Of a DNA stretch of 64,000 bases, positions 1 to 12,200 are shown one piece after another. Positions within the stretch are counted from its first letter, which is position 1; the number at the start of each line of letters is the position of its first letter. Position numbers and translations under genes: made by a program. The stretch spans positions 1,944,297 to 2,008,296 of the forward strand of contig CM074819.1 of NCBI GenBank assembly GCA_037447605.1, read 5' to 3'. A model generated the notes under the pieces. The model did no database searches. It was not told the origin of the DNA and worked only from the letters and a program-made list of their open reading frames with translations. Source of the stretch: Zygnema circumcarinatum SAG 698-1b. Lineage: Eukaryota > Plantae > Zygnematophyceae.

Positions 1-3000
1 ACGCCAAGACCGGGAGGAGGCGCTGTGAAGCCAGACCTAGGAGAGCCGGGCCCCGCGAAAGGTGCTACACGTGCGGTGGCAAGAGCGGCCACTACTCGGC
101 AGACTGTTACAAGAACAAGGGGACCCCAGATCGGGGAGGAGGCGCTTCGTCATCCATCAAGAAGGATAAGAAGGGGTTCAAGGGGACCTGCTTCAAATGC
201 AAGAAGCGTGGCCACAAGAGTGCAGATTGCAGAGTGGCGGTGGAGACCAACCTCATGGTGACTGAACATTCTGACTTTGTTGGGAAGATCCAGGTTCAGG
301 ATCTGAAGCGGCCATGGCTGATCGACTCTGGCGCTTCCACACACATGTGTGGCGACAAGCAAAATGTTTTCCACGTTGGACACGTTGTAGAGGACACGTT
401 CCGTTCACTCAGCTACCGGAGAGGGAGTGACAGTCACGAAAGGAGGTGAAGTCAAGATGATCCCTCGAGACGGCCCGCGATCTACTGCAAGAAAAGAGTA
501 AGAGCGCTCAAGACGGGTGACGTCCTTCACACCCTGAGCTGAAACAGAATTTTATGTCTGTTAGCCAAGTGTGTAAGAAGGGGTATGAGGTCACGTTCAG
601 AGAGAAGTCATGTGTAGCTACTCACCTTGTGACGGGGAAGCAGCTGTTTAAGGGGTTTGAGAAAGGAGGGTTGTATTACCTTCACTATAGGAGAGAAGAA
701 GATGAGGAAGTCATGGCCGTGGCTGAAGATGTAGTGAATCTCTGGCATCGTAGACTTGGTCACCTCAACCATAGGGGCTTGCAGCAACTGTCAGAAAAGG
801 GGCTGGTCCGTGGGTTGGATGTTGACGTAGTTGAGAAGGAGCTCGGTTTTTGCAAAGAGTGTGTGGAGGGGAAGGCGCATAGGAGACCGTTTGCGAGGAG
901 TGGAGAAGAGGCGTTCCATGCGAAGGAGAAGTTGGAGTTAGTCCATACCGATCTCTGCGGTCCCGTGACACCGGCAACGACAGGAGGAGCCCGCTACTTC
1001 ATCACCTTTCTTGACGATTTTTCGAGGAAGATCTGGGTGAAGATTCTCAAGAACAAGTCTGCGTATCTGGAGCCTCAGAGATTGGCAGATCTGTATTGAG
1101 AGAGACTGACACAAGTTGAAGACTCTTCGCTCAGATAACGGAGGCGCAGTTCCAAGTCCAAGGAGTTTGGTGAATACCTCAAGTCTCGAGGCATAAGGCA
1201 TGAATTCTCTGCTCCCTATTCCCCTCAAAGTAATGGAGCTGCTGAGAGAGTTAACAGGACGTTGGGGGACATGGCGCGGACCATGCTGATTGATTCCCCA
1301 TTTCAGGCATCTTTTTGGGGAGAGGCAGTGATGACTGCCGCTTACCTTAGGAACAGATGTCCATCCTCTGTCCTCAAGGATCACGTTCCTGAGGAGGTGT
1401 GGAGTGGGAAGAAACCCACGGTCACTCACCTGAAGGCATTCGAAGCGCGGTGTTGGTCGACAGTTCCGAAAGCGAAGCAGAAGAGGAAGTTCGACCGGAG
1501 AGCCGTAGAAGGGTACATTCTCGGCTATAACGCTGACAGTCGCACCTACAGGGTGTGGAACCCCCGATTGAATGAAGTTCAGAGTTCGAGGGATGTCACG
1601 GTGGATGAGAGAGGGGCGGTGGCACGACTAGGTGAGACCCGACCCCAGAAGGCAGATTTGGAAATTGTGTACGAGGATGTGGAGACTAGTGGAGGAGGCG
1701 ACGATGCTTCCCCAGTCCCGGCCCTGGAGGAGATCAGCACGCCAGAGAGCGGAGGAGCTGAGCCAGAGGCAGCACCAAGCGCTGAGGCGGCAGTCGGAGA
1801 TGAACCCGAAGCGCCGCATGCGGGAGAACCGCAAGGCTCGGTGGAGAGGGCTCCGGTACACACGCATCTGTCAGACGAGGAGAACTCGGACGAGACCGTT
1901 CCATTGCATCGACAAGGGTCTAATGACTTGGAGGCGGAAGAGAGAGAGGCGATGTTATCGATCATGCCTCCAGGGTTTGTTCCCGGCATCTTCTTCAACC
2001 CAAGAAGTGGGAGAGTGCAAGGAGTCCGGAGGAGCAGCCGAGCGGTGAGAAAGCCTGATCGTTTCAGGCCCTCACAAAATAACCTGGTGCAAGAGAGAGT
2101 GCCTTCAGACTCCGCTGATCTCGCAGGTGTTGCTCATTGCTTCATGATTACCGAGCCGCAAACGTTTATGGAGGCTCATGATGGGGTCGATGGAGATAAG
2201 TGGAGAGCGGCGATAGACAGCGAATGGGATAGTCTGATTGAGAATGGCACGTGGCGACTGCAGAAGCTGCCGAGAGGAAGGAAAGCCATTGGATGCAAGT
2301 GGGTGTTCAAGGTGAAGCGGAAAGCTGACGGGAGCGTCGACCGCTACAAGGCGCGGCTGGTGGCGAAAGGCTTCAGCCAGAAGTACGGAGTTGACTATAC
2401 GGAGACCTTTGCCCCAGTGGTGAAATTCAACTCCCTTAGAGCCTTGATCTCGATTGCAGCTGCGGAGGGGATGCATGTCCATCAGTTGGACATCAAGACC
2501 GCGTTTTTGTACGGAGATCTCACCGAGGAGATCTACATGGAGCAGCCCGAAGGAAAGGTGACTCCCGGTCAAGAGCATCTCGTTTGTCGCTTAGTGAAGA
2601 GCCTGTACGGACTGAAACAGGCGCCCAGGATATGGTACGAGAAGATAGACGATCTTCTCAGGAGGAACGGATTTGCGCGATTTGAGACGGATCATTCCGT
2701 CTACCGACAAGGAGAGGGGGAGGATCTCATGTACGTTGGGATCTACGTTGACGACCTCATTATGGTGAGTCTCTCGTTGGAGAGAATCAATAATCTAAAG
2801 CAGCTCTTGCAAGCTAACTTCAAGATGTCGGATCTAGGGGAGGCGCAGTATCTGTTAGGGATTCAGCTGAAGAGGGGGCAGGACGGCAGCCTCTTCCTGA
2901 GTCAGAAGAAGTACGCGATGGATGTACTTGCGAGATTTCACATGGAGGATTGCAGACCGTGCACCAGCCCGATGGAGATCGGGGCGCGACTTTCGAAGGA

Positions 3001-3712
3001 TATGTCGCCCGCAACGGATGCGGAGGTACAGCGGATGTACGGAGTGCCGTACAGATCTGCTATCGGAAGTCTCATGTACCTGATGATTGGTACGCGACCG
3101 GACTTGGCCAAAGCCGTGAGCACAGCAAGTCGGTTCATGGAGAATCCAGGACCCGAACATTGGGAAGCCGTGAAGAGAATCTTCAGGTATGTGCGGGGAA
3201 CCTTGGAGTACGGCCTCAGATATGAGAGGGGGCCGAATCGTGTGATTGGTTACACCGATTCAGATTGGGGTGGTGACGTGGACACGTCAAGATCAACTTC
3301 AGGATTCGTATTCCTGAATGGAGGCGGAGCCATCTCGTGGAGCTCCAAGCTTCAAGATTCAGTGGCGTTGTCAAGCACCGAGGGCGAGTACATGGGGGCT
3401 TGCCATGCAGCGAAGGAGGGAGTGTGGTTTCAACATTTCTTCGAGGAGTGTAAGAGGCCGCAACTGCCCGTGGCTCTGTTCACGGATAATCAGTCGTCCA
3501 TTGCCTTGGTGGAAAATCCAGTGTTCCACAAGAGGACCAAGCACATCAGAGTGCAGTATCACTATGTGCGAGAGTTGGTGGAGGAAGGGATGATCGTTGT
3601 GAAGTTCGTTGGAACAAAAGAGCAGGCTGCAGATATGTTGACAAAAGGTGTTAGCGGAGAGACCATACTAGTGAATAGCAGGCTTATTGGGCTGGGGCCC
3701 ATGAGAGACTGA
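1..3712 (+). mobile_element. Ty1/Copia family 1 gag-pol (5'-truncated by window edge; frameshift/stop noise at ~430-550 and ~1080-1160)
   Basis: Two CCHC knuckles (CYTCGGKSGHYSADC at ~63, CFKCKKRGHKSADC at ~190), protease WLIDSGASTHMC, pre-integrase LWHRRLGH, integrase VHTDLCGP. ORF 1262-3712 has RT ([22 protein letters not shown]) and RNase H (GYTDSDW, RTKHI). Copia order PR-IN-RT-RH. Confidence 0.96.
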
Positions 3713-3728
3713 GTCCCAAGAGGGGGAT

Positions 3729-4691
3729 TGTTAGTGTTAGTGTATGATAGTTAAGCATTACATAGTACACACTAACTTGGTTGTGGTACTCAGTCATGGA
3801 AACTACCTAGTATGAGTCGCGATGACGTCAGCAACTTAAGTTCTGAGGTGCGCTTGTAGCGCGCGCGGGCGGAGTGTGGATGAACGGCCGTGATTGATCG
3901 CGGCGGTAACTTGGAGACGCGCGGAGCTGATTGGTCGCGGCGCTGACGCGAAGGCGCGTGGTACGGATGCGCGAAGATGATTGGACACGGCGCGGGCGCG
4001 AGGACGCGGAGTGCGCGTCGGTGACGCGAAGCGACGAAGGAATGTCGGCGACGAATCGCGCAGCGCCACGTGGGCCACTTACTGAGTGGGCCCGTTGGTT
4101 CGAGCGTACGGCGAAGGAGTCGGCGGCCGGAAAATGTTAAGGGTACCCGACGAACGGCGGCACTGTACGGATAGGACGGAAATAGGTCGGTGTCGTCGTA
4201 GGTTTACGAGACCACTACCGTAGGTCGCTATTCTGAGTGCGCCGCTTTGCCGAATGCAAGGGCCAGCTATGGCGGCCGTGACGTGACATGTGTGTCACGT
4301 CACAACGCCATATAGTATGGTAATGCAGTTGTGTGCTTGGTATAAGGCAATCTAGTCTCTGCTCTCATTCTGTGCCGTACCGTGTTGCTAGGCCGCTTTG
4401 TTCGTGGTTGTGAGGTAGTGAGTAAGAGAAGATAGTTCAAAGGTGGAAGTGAACTTTCTATGTGGGAAGACATTTGACAAGGAGTTTTAGAGCCGCGGAG
4501 CTTTCCTACACTTCTCTCGATTGATTTCCGCTGTGCTTGTCTCTGTGTCTACCTGTAGTTATGGGGCTTATGAGGAATTGTGAGATAGAGCTTTGAGAGT
4601 GCAAGAGTGAATGTTCTCTCATCGGGTGGGAACACGAAGTTCCGTGGAGGGCATATGAGGTGGTTTAAAGCAGCGCAGATGTTCTCCTCAA
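3729..4691 (+). mobile_element. 3' LTR of Copia family 1 (~960 bp; right end approximate)
   Basis: Follows the PPT AAGAGGGGGAT and starts TGTTAGTGTTAGTG. Its distal part is the reverse complement of the LTR copies at 7169-8184, 48182-49150 and 52088-53097. Confidence 0.85.
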
Positions 4692-7600
4692 TGTATTCTC
4701 GGTTTGAACCGTAGATGAATAACAAGACTTTGGCGTGCTCAATCTCAAATTTTGAGGGTCGACTTTTGGCATGCCACTCCGGTGCGCATAGTAGCGCGTT
4801 TCCGTTCCTCCGCCGACTGCCGAGACACGGGTAAGTCCATCGATACTCGTGACACTTCTCCAGAGGTTGAATAGTTCTACAGGTTCTCCACATGGGGTTG
4901 AAACCTCACATTGCTAACCAACTGTTGCTCAACCCCGCTACTTCTAAGCCCTGGATGGCTGCGGACGCAGATCTGTTTTATGCGGCCGCTGTGAACGCGG
5001 ACGCGCGGACCGTAGCGGCAGACCCTTGGCGTGGGACTTGGTCCCCTGTACCCTCTGGCTCCAACTCGCCTCGGCGGGAGACCCCACCCTTTCGAGCCCC
5101 GCGTGGGGGCGCAAGGGGGCCCAAGCGTCCTGGGGATGCACCAACTCAGCCCTTGGTGGCGAAAGTCCCCAAGCTGACGTCCCAAGAAGCTGACAGGCTC
5201 AAGAAGGAGGGCCGATGCTACCGATGCCGACAGGCGGGGCATCTGGCTCGTGACTGTCCTAAGGGTCAGCAAACTCCTGGTCCGGAAAACGGACCCCCAC
5301 CTGCAGTCTAGAGGTTGTTGCAGGTGGTAGTGGTGGGGGGGGGAGAATGGTTGTTGGAGCTGCCAGGCGTAGGGATTTTGTTGTACCCTTTTCCAGTGAT
5401 TTATTGAATATTATGGGCCGGCAGCCCCTTGCATCAGATATTTTCGTCTTGCATTGCCCGGAATATCTGAATGACTATTTGTTCTCTCTCTCCACCCGAA
5501 TGACCTCTCTTGAGTTTGCTGTTGCGCAATGGGATGACCCTGCTGAAATCTGGATTCTGAACCCTACCGGGGCTACCGATCTGTTTGATAGTGTCCTTGA
5601 TGCCTTCCGACGGGGGCGCACTTCAATGCTCGTGTCTGCGGTGCACGTCTTGCTCCCGCAACACGTCCCCATAACTTGTTTCGGCCACGCCCATTGGAAG
5701 GTGGTACGGATTTGGCGGAGGGGTCACCCGTTGGTGCGCTGGGACGACTCAGGACACATCACCTCTTGCACGCTTCCGTTCCCTGTCCTTTGGCGCACGG
5801 CGCGTCTCGATGCGTTGGTTGTACTCAGATCCATGTTTCAGCGGTCCCACCGTGCCATGACCTTTTCGGGGGTTGTGGAAGGTAGACCTGTCATCGCCCT
5901 ATTCGATTCAGGCGCTGACGATAATTTTCTGAACTCTTCGTTTGTTAAGATGGCTTCCATGGTACTTGCAGACCGCTCCGATACAGTCACGTTCGGCGAT
6001 GGTCGTAAAGGGCAGATCCTCGGTTGCGTGACTACTCGATTGCGAATTCAATCTTTTTCCGGGCAGATTCGGTGCTTGGTCACAATTCTGACTCCGGGCA
6101 TTGACTTGATTTTAGGCAGTCATTGGTTGCAGTCCGTCCGGGCCATGATGGATTTTGCAGTTCCAAACTGCGTGGTTCGCAGTGGCTCTCGGCGGGTCAC
6201 CTTACTACCAGGTATACCCACGGTTGTTCCCCCCCTCCATCCAGATGCGGCGCACTTGTGCTCCGCCATGCAGGTGGCGAAAGCCNNNNNNNNNNCGAAT
6301 TTCAGGACATTTTCCCAGAGGACCTCCCCTCAGGGCTGCCGCCGGCGCGTGGCGTGGGGCATACTATTCCCCTTGAGCCTGAGCAGAAGCCACCTTGGCG
6401 ACCAATCTATCGATTGAGCCCCAAGGAGACCGAAGAAATGCGAAAGCAGCTGGCTAATCTGCGCTCCAAAGGCTGGATTGAGCCCAGTCAGAGCCCTTTT
6501 GGGGCCCCTATCCTATTTGTGGGAAAGAAAGACGGGTCCTTGCGAATGTGCATTGACTATCGAGCCCTTAATAAAATCACGATTAAAAATCGTTATGCTT
6601 TACCTCGAATAGATGATTTGTTGGACCGGTTGCATGGGGCGCGAATTTTCACTTCGCTCGATCTGGCCCAGGGCTACCACCAGATCCGGGTCACGGATGC
6701 TGACGTACCAAAGACTGCGTTTCGTACGCCTATTGGTCATTTCCAATACAAGGTACTGCCCTTTGGGTTGACAAATGCACCGGCAACCTTTCAGTCCGTG
6801 ATGAACGAGATGTTCTCCAGCATGGACGATTACGTCTTGGTCTACCTCGATGACATTCTGGTTTTCAGCAAATCCGAACAGGACCACTTGACCCACGTTC
6901 GCAATGTGTTGTCGGTCTTACGCCAGCACACATTTTATGCGAAACGCAAGAAATGTCAGTTCATGCAGCGCGAGTTGCTCTACCTTGGACATATCCTTGG
7001 AGCGGACGGCCTCAAGCCTGACCCGGGCAAAATTGCGGCGGTTGCCACTTGGGCCGTTCCTAAGGATCTGCATCAGTTGCGTTCCTTCTTGGGCTTTGCT
7101 AATTATTTCCGTAAATTCATTCAAGGATTTAGCAAGCTAGTTACTCCACTTACAGATCTCACAAAATCTGTTGAAGCAGGGGTTTGCTCCCCACTTCCGG
7201 CGCCACCTTGGGTGTCGCCCTCCATTGGAACTTGAGTTCCCACGGATGAAGACATTCAAACACTCAAAGCTCTATCTTACTTCACTCATCGCCCATAACA
7301 ACAGAATGAAGCTACAAGACAAGCACAGCGGAAATCACAATGAGAGAGTGTTAGGAGAAAGCTCACGGCTCTAAAACTCCTTATAATAAAACTGTCTTCC
7401 CACAATGAAGTTCTCCCACTACTTCAAGGTCCCTCTCACTCACAACCTCACGACACAAGTGTAGGCAGCCTAGCAGCACGAGCAGGCACAGAATAAGACC
7501 CGAGACTATGTCAAAGTAGTGTGGGTGGGTTACTCCTTACAATAAAAACTATGGCATCTAATATGAGGTCCGTGGACACATGTCACGCCGCGTCCGCCAT

Positions 7601-8887
7601 TGCAAAACTCCATGCTGCACCGAGTCCGAAAGTGGGCGCATCAGAATACACCGGGTTAGTTGCCTGTGAAACCTACTGCTAACGCCGCACTAGCTTCTGC
7701 TCTGGCCAGCATAATTGCCCCAGACAAGACGCTGCTTTCGCCAGCCTTTCCCAGTTCGCCTCGGGCCGACACCTCGCCAGACATCTCAACCGCTGACCTA
7801 CACGCGAAGTGGTCCACGTGGCGATTCCGTTCGGGCCGCCAAATATCTTCTATGTCGCTTCAAGGCCAGAACTTTATACCCGGCTGCTTTCGCTACCAAG
7901 GCCAAGGACACCAATCAAAGTTATACAAGGCCCCAGATTAAGGGACCATGGCCGCCACTCAATCAAAGTTATGCGCTGGCCCTGCTCCACAAGACATGTG
8001 TCACATTCAATCACCGGCCACTGCTCGTGATTCACAAGACTCCGCGCGCACTCACCCGAAGTCGAGCACCTATTCCTAAATCTAAGAGCACTACGCCTAG
8101 CAGATCTCATGTTCTACAAACTGAGTACCACAACAAGTTAGTGTGTGCCATACAATGTCTAACTATCATACACTAACACTAACAAAATCTGGAGTTCGCT
8201 ACACCTGGACAGATGAATGTCAGGTGGCGTTTGAGGGGACCAAACACGCCCTCATCACCGCACCTACGTTGGTGTTGGCCGACCCTACCAAACCTTATGA
8301 GGTGGTTTGCGATGCGTCGGGGTTCGCACTTGGCGCTGTCTTGTTTCAGGAGGGCCAACCCCTGGCTTATGAAAGTCGGAAGATGAACCCAGCTGAACGA
8401 AACTACTCGGCAACCGAGCAGGAACTGCTCGCAGTTGTTCACGCCTTGAGGACATGGCGCTAAGTTATTTGAGGGGGCGAGCCGCCACGCTGGTCACGTA
8501 ATCACCGCCCTTGACCTTCCTCTCCCTCCCAAATGCATTAATTATCTGGCCGCAGCCCGGCTGGGCCCCAGAGTCCCCGCAGATTTGACCGCAAAATGGG
8601 TATATCGCCGTGAAGGTTGAATCGCCGTCGCATCCCCGCTAGAGTGCTGCGCACGCTCCTCACCATCTTGCCTAGATGCAGGCGCCACGACCCGAAAGTG
8701 TTGGAGGAAACGCCGTCGAGAAGGTGGGCCGGCCAACTCACCTTCTCCCTTCCCAACGTGTTTAGCCATAGATACCCCAACCAGCGCCACGGTCGACCCC
8801 CCTACCCTCTCTGATCTTAGACAGATGATTCGGGAGGGTTATGCTGGTGATCCTATGTTCTTGGACGGCCAGGGTAGTGGCTATAAG
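4692..8887 (+). mobile_element. Ty3/Gypsy family A internal region (gag end, extra domain, PR, RT, RNase H), interrupted by Copia LTRs
   Basis: Gag knuckle CYRCRQAGHLARDCP, protease LFDSGADDNF, RT LRMCIDYRALN / YLDDILVFS, RNase H VVCDASGFALGAVL..ELLAVVHAL. Gypsy domain order. Confidence 0.95.
7169..8184 (-). mobile_element. Solo LTR of Copia family 1 with 5-bp TSD AAATC
   Basis: TG...CA ends, AAATC at 7164-7168 and 8185-8189. Removing the LTR and one TSD restores the Gypsy frame LTDLTKSGVRYTW. Confidence 0.93.
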
Positions 8888-9186
8888 TGTTAGTGTTAGT
8901 GTATGATAGTTAGACATTGTATGGCACACACTAACTTGTTGTGGTACTCAGTTTGTAGAACATGAGATCTGCTAGGCGTAGTGCTCTTAGATTTAGGAAT
9001 GTCGTGCTCACTCGTGTGAGTGCCGCATGCAGTGCGCCGGAGTACTTAACGAAGCGGCGCTTGATTGGACGCCACGCATACACATGTGCGCCGAGAACGC
9101 TATCCTTTGATTGGTCGGCGGCGCCGCGATCGCTAAGTAATGACGCTGCTGCACTTTTGATTGGTCAGCGGGCGCCGCGCTAAACG
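8888..9186 (+). mobile_element. Copia family 1 LTR (5' part, ends in N gap) inserted in the Gypsy
   Basis: Starts TGTTAGTGTTAGTG right after Gypsy GGCTATAAG. The first ~110 bp are the reverse complement of ~8075-8184. Confidence 0.85.
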
Positions 9187-9287
9187 NNNNNNNNNNNNNN
9201 NNNNNNNNNNNNNNNNNNNNNNNNNNNNNNNNNNNNNNNNNNNNNNNNNNNNNNNNNNNNNNNNNNNNNNNNNNNNNNNNNNNNNNT

Positions 9288-12200
9288 TGCGTAATGGACG
9301 TGCAGGTGTTAGATGTAGTATCGCACGTATGAGAGCTTAAGGGAATGTCCGAGAAGGAAGACAAGTGTCAAGTGCTTTAGGCGACAGGTTTTAGAAAGGA
9401 ATGTTCTTCATGCATGGACAGTGAGTAGACAAGGAAGCGCTGCGCAGTAGAGAAGCAAGGAAGAATAAAGGAAGAAAGGAAGAAAAGAGGAAGAGATAAG
9501 AGAGTAGAGGAAGAGAGAAGAAAGGATTGAAGTGAAGTTGTAATTATTGAAAAAGACGGAGTGGAAATTGTACGATCAAAGTGAGGACAGAGAGAGTTGA
9601 CACAAAAAGGTAGATGTGTGATTAACGTGGTAAAGTGTACAATGTCCTAATCTGTTTTATATACATTGCGGCTAGAGCTACGCGACAAAAGAGTGTGGAA
9701 CTAGCTTGAGCAAGGGCGGCCGGGTGTGAAGCACACAGCCGCAAAGGTACAACTAAACTAATGTAAAAGTATTGTTAAAAGCACAGCCAGGTGTAAGTAC
9801 ACGGGCTGGGAAAAACGACAAAATAGTATGACAAAACCGGTGAATGTCGATTCTCAACACGCCTCATTCGGAAGTGTGGAGTCCGCGTAAGAGCGTGAAG
9901 CTCAAAAGCTGGCCGGCTGTAAGGCCTTGGTAAGAAAATCGGGCGGTCTGTTTGCCGGTAGATAGTAGAGGAAGGTGGCAGCTGCCTTCGATCTTGTCCC
10001 GGTGAAGTGGAAATCAGAGGTTCCATGTGTTTGGGTACGCTGGATGGTGCACGGGTTTGCATGAGGGCAAGGGCACCTTGAGTCCGCGGACGCATCGTGG
10101 TGAGCTGAGGGGAGGAAAGGTGAGGTTGGGAGAGGAGGATCGAGCCAAACAGCCTCTTTGGCAGCAGTGGAGGCGGCCATATACTCTGCTTCAGTGGAGG
10201 ATGTGGCCACTGTAGGCTGCTTCCGAGAGGACCATGAAATAAGGCCACTGCCCAGAGAAAAACACGAGCCAGTAACCGAACGCCTTGTGTCGGGGTCACT
10301 GCCCCAGTCAGAGTCACAATAGCCAACGAGGGTGGGGGAGTCAGAGGAGAAGGTAAGGCTCAGGGCCTTGGTGCCCTGAAGGTAACGAAGGACACGCTTC
10401 GCAGCGCTGAATTGAGCAGAAGAGGGGCGGTGAAGGTATTGGCTTAGCTGCCCGACGGCGGCAGCTAGGTCGGGCCGGGTACACAACATTGCATACATAA
10501 GGGATCCCACGATGGATCGGTAAGTGGCATGCTCCGTGGGGTCGGGGGAGCCAGCCACAAGGGAGGTAAGGTGAATGTGGGCGTCCAGGGGGGTGGAGAT
10601 GGGGTTGCAAGCGGCCATCCCAAAACGGTCTAGGTGATCGGAAACATACTTTTTCCTGGACTGAGGTGGAATATCCGCGTTCATCTCAATGACGGAATCC
10701 CGGCGACACCATTGCAGTTCGCCGAGGTCCGTCATGTCAAAATGGCTGCGAAGGAGCTGTTTGACATCCGAAATGGGGGAAAGGGAGGGACCACAGATAA
10801 TGAGGTCATCAACGTAAACGGCAAGGATGGTGAGGGTCTGACCGTGGCCACGAAGATAGATGCTGAAATCGGCGTCGATGCGAGTGAAGCCGCTGGCAAG
10901 AAGGACAGCATCCAAAGTGCGGTTCCAGACGCGTGGTGCTTGCCGGAGGCCGTAGATGGATTTGTTGAGGCGGCAGAAGAGGTGTTCGGTGCCGGGAGTG
11001 ACATACCCGTCGGGTTGGCGCATAAAGATCGTTTCTTGAAGGTCCCCGTAGAGGAATGCGGTTTTGACATCCATCTGGTGAATTTCCCAATCGTGGGTAT
11101 GGAGAGAGGCGAAAGGACGCTAATGTGGGAGGTGAATTTGGCCACCGGGCATAAGTTTCGTGAAGTCGATGCCTTCTGGAGCTGAGAGAACCCTTGGCTA
11201 CAAAACGGTGCTTTTATAGCCGTCAACCGAGCCGCTGATTTTTGTTTGATTTTAAATACCCATTTAGAGCCGATGGCGCGACGCACCGGGTGGGAGGGGG
11301 ACAAGGTCCCAGGTGTTGTTTTTCTGAAGGGAGAGGAATTCAGCATCAGCGGCAGCTTTCCAGAGGGCTGCGTCAGGGGTGCGAAGGGCGGCAGCAAAAG
11401 TAGGGGGGGCAGACGAGGAGGCGATGAAGGCCATGGCGGAGGAGAGGAGGGCATGGGCGGCAGTGTCGATAATTTTCCACGTGGGTCGCCGATCGCGAGT
11501 GCCGTGGCGGGGGGCAGGGCCGGGGGGAACCGGAGGGGAGAGTGCCGGAGGGCGGGGTGGCGGGGAGGCCGCGACGGGTGAAGGGGGAGGGGAGTCGGGT
11601 AGGCCGGNNNNNNNNNNCGCAGGGACACCGAAGGGAGGGGAAGGGGGAGCGGCGACCGGGGGCGGGACAAAAGGAATGTCGGCGGCCAATGGGGGAGCGG
11701 CCGCGGGGGGGGGAGGGGAATGATATCCAACGGTCACGTAGGTGGGGGAATCGTACGGCGCAAGATTGGGATTCGGCGGGGAGGAAGTCGGCGGGTGTAC
11801 GGCCGTGGTCGGTGGCGAATGGAGCCGCGCGACGAGAGGAGCCTCATTAAATGCGACGTCGCGCGAAAGTACAATTCGATTTGTCGCACAACACCAGATA
11901 CGATAGGCCTTGGACGTAAGCGCGTAGCCAAGAAAAATGCCGCGTACGGCTCGCGGTCCCCATTTGCCAGACGACTGGACGAGATCTTTGTACCAGGCCT
12001 CGCAGCCAAAAATACGGAGGTGGGAGACGGAGGCTTGCCGCCTGCCGTGCCCTCGTAGGGAGAGGCCGTGGAGGAAGGGCAGAGGGGGAAAGGTTCAAGG
12101 GGTGTAATGTGGAGATGGCTTCCGCCGTGGCCATAGGAGGTCGCGTGAAGCATAGAGCGCAGCCATGTCGAAATGGTACGGTTAAAACCGCCGGGCGACC

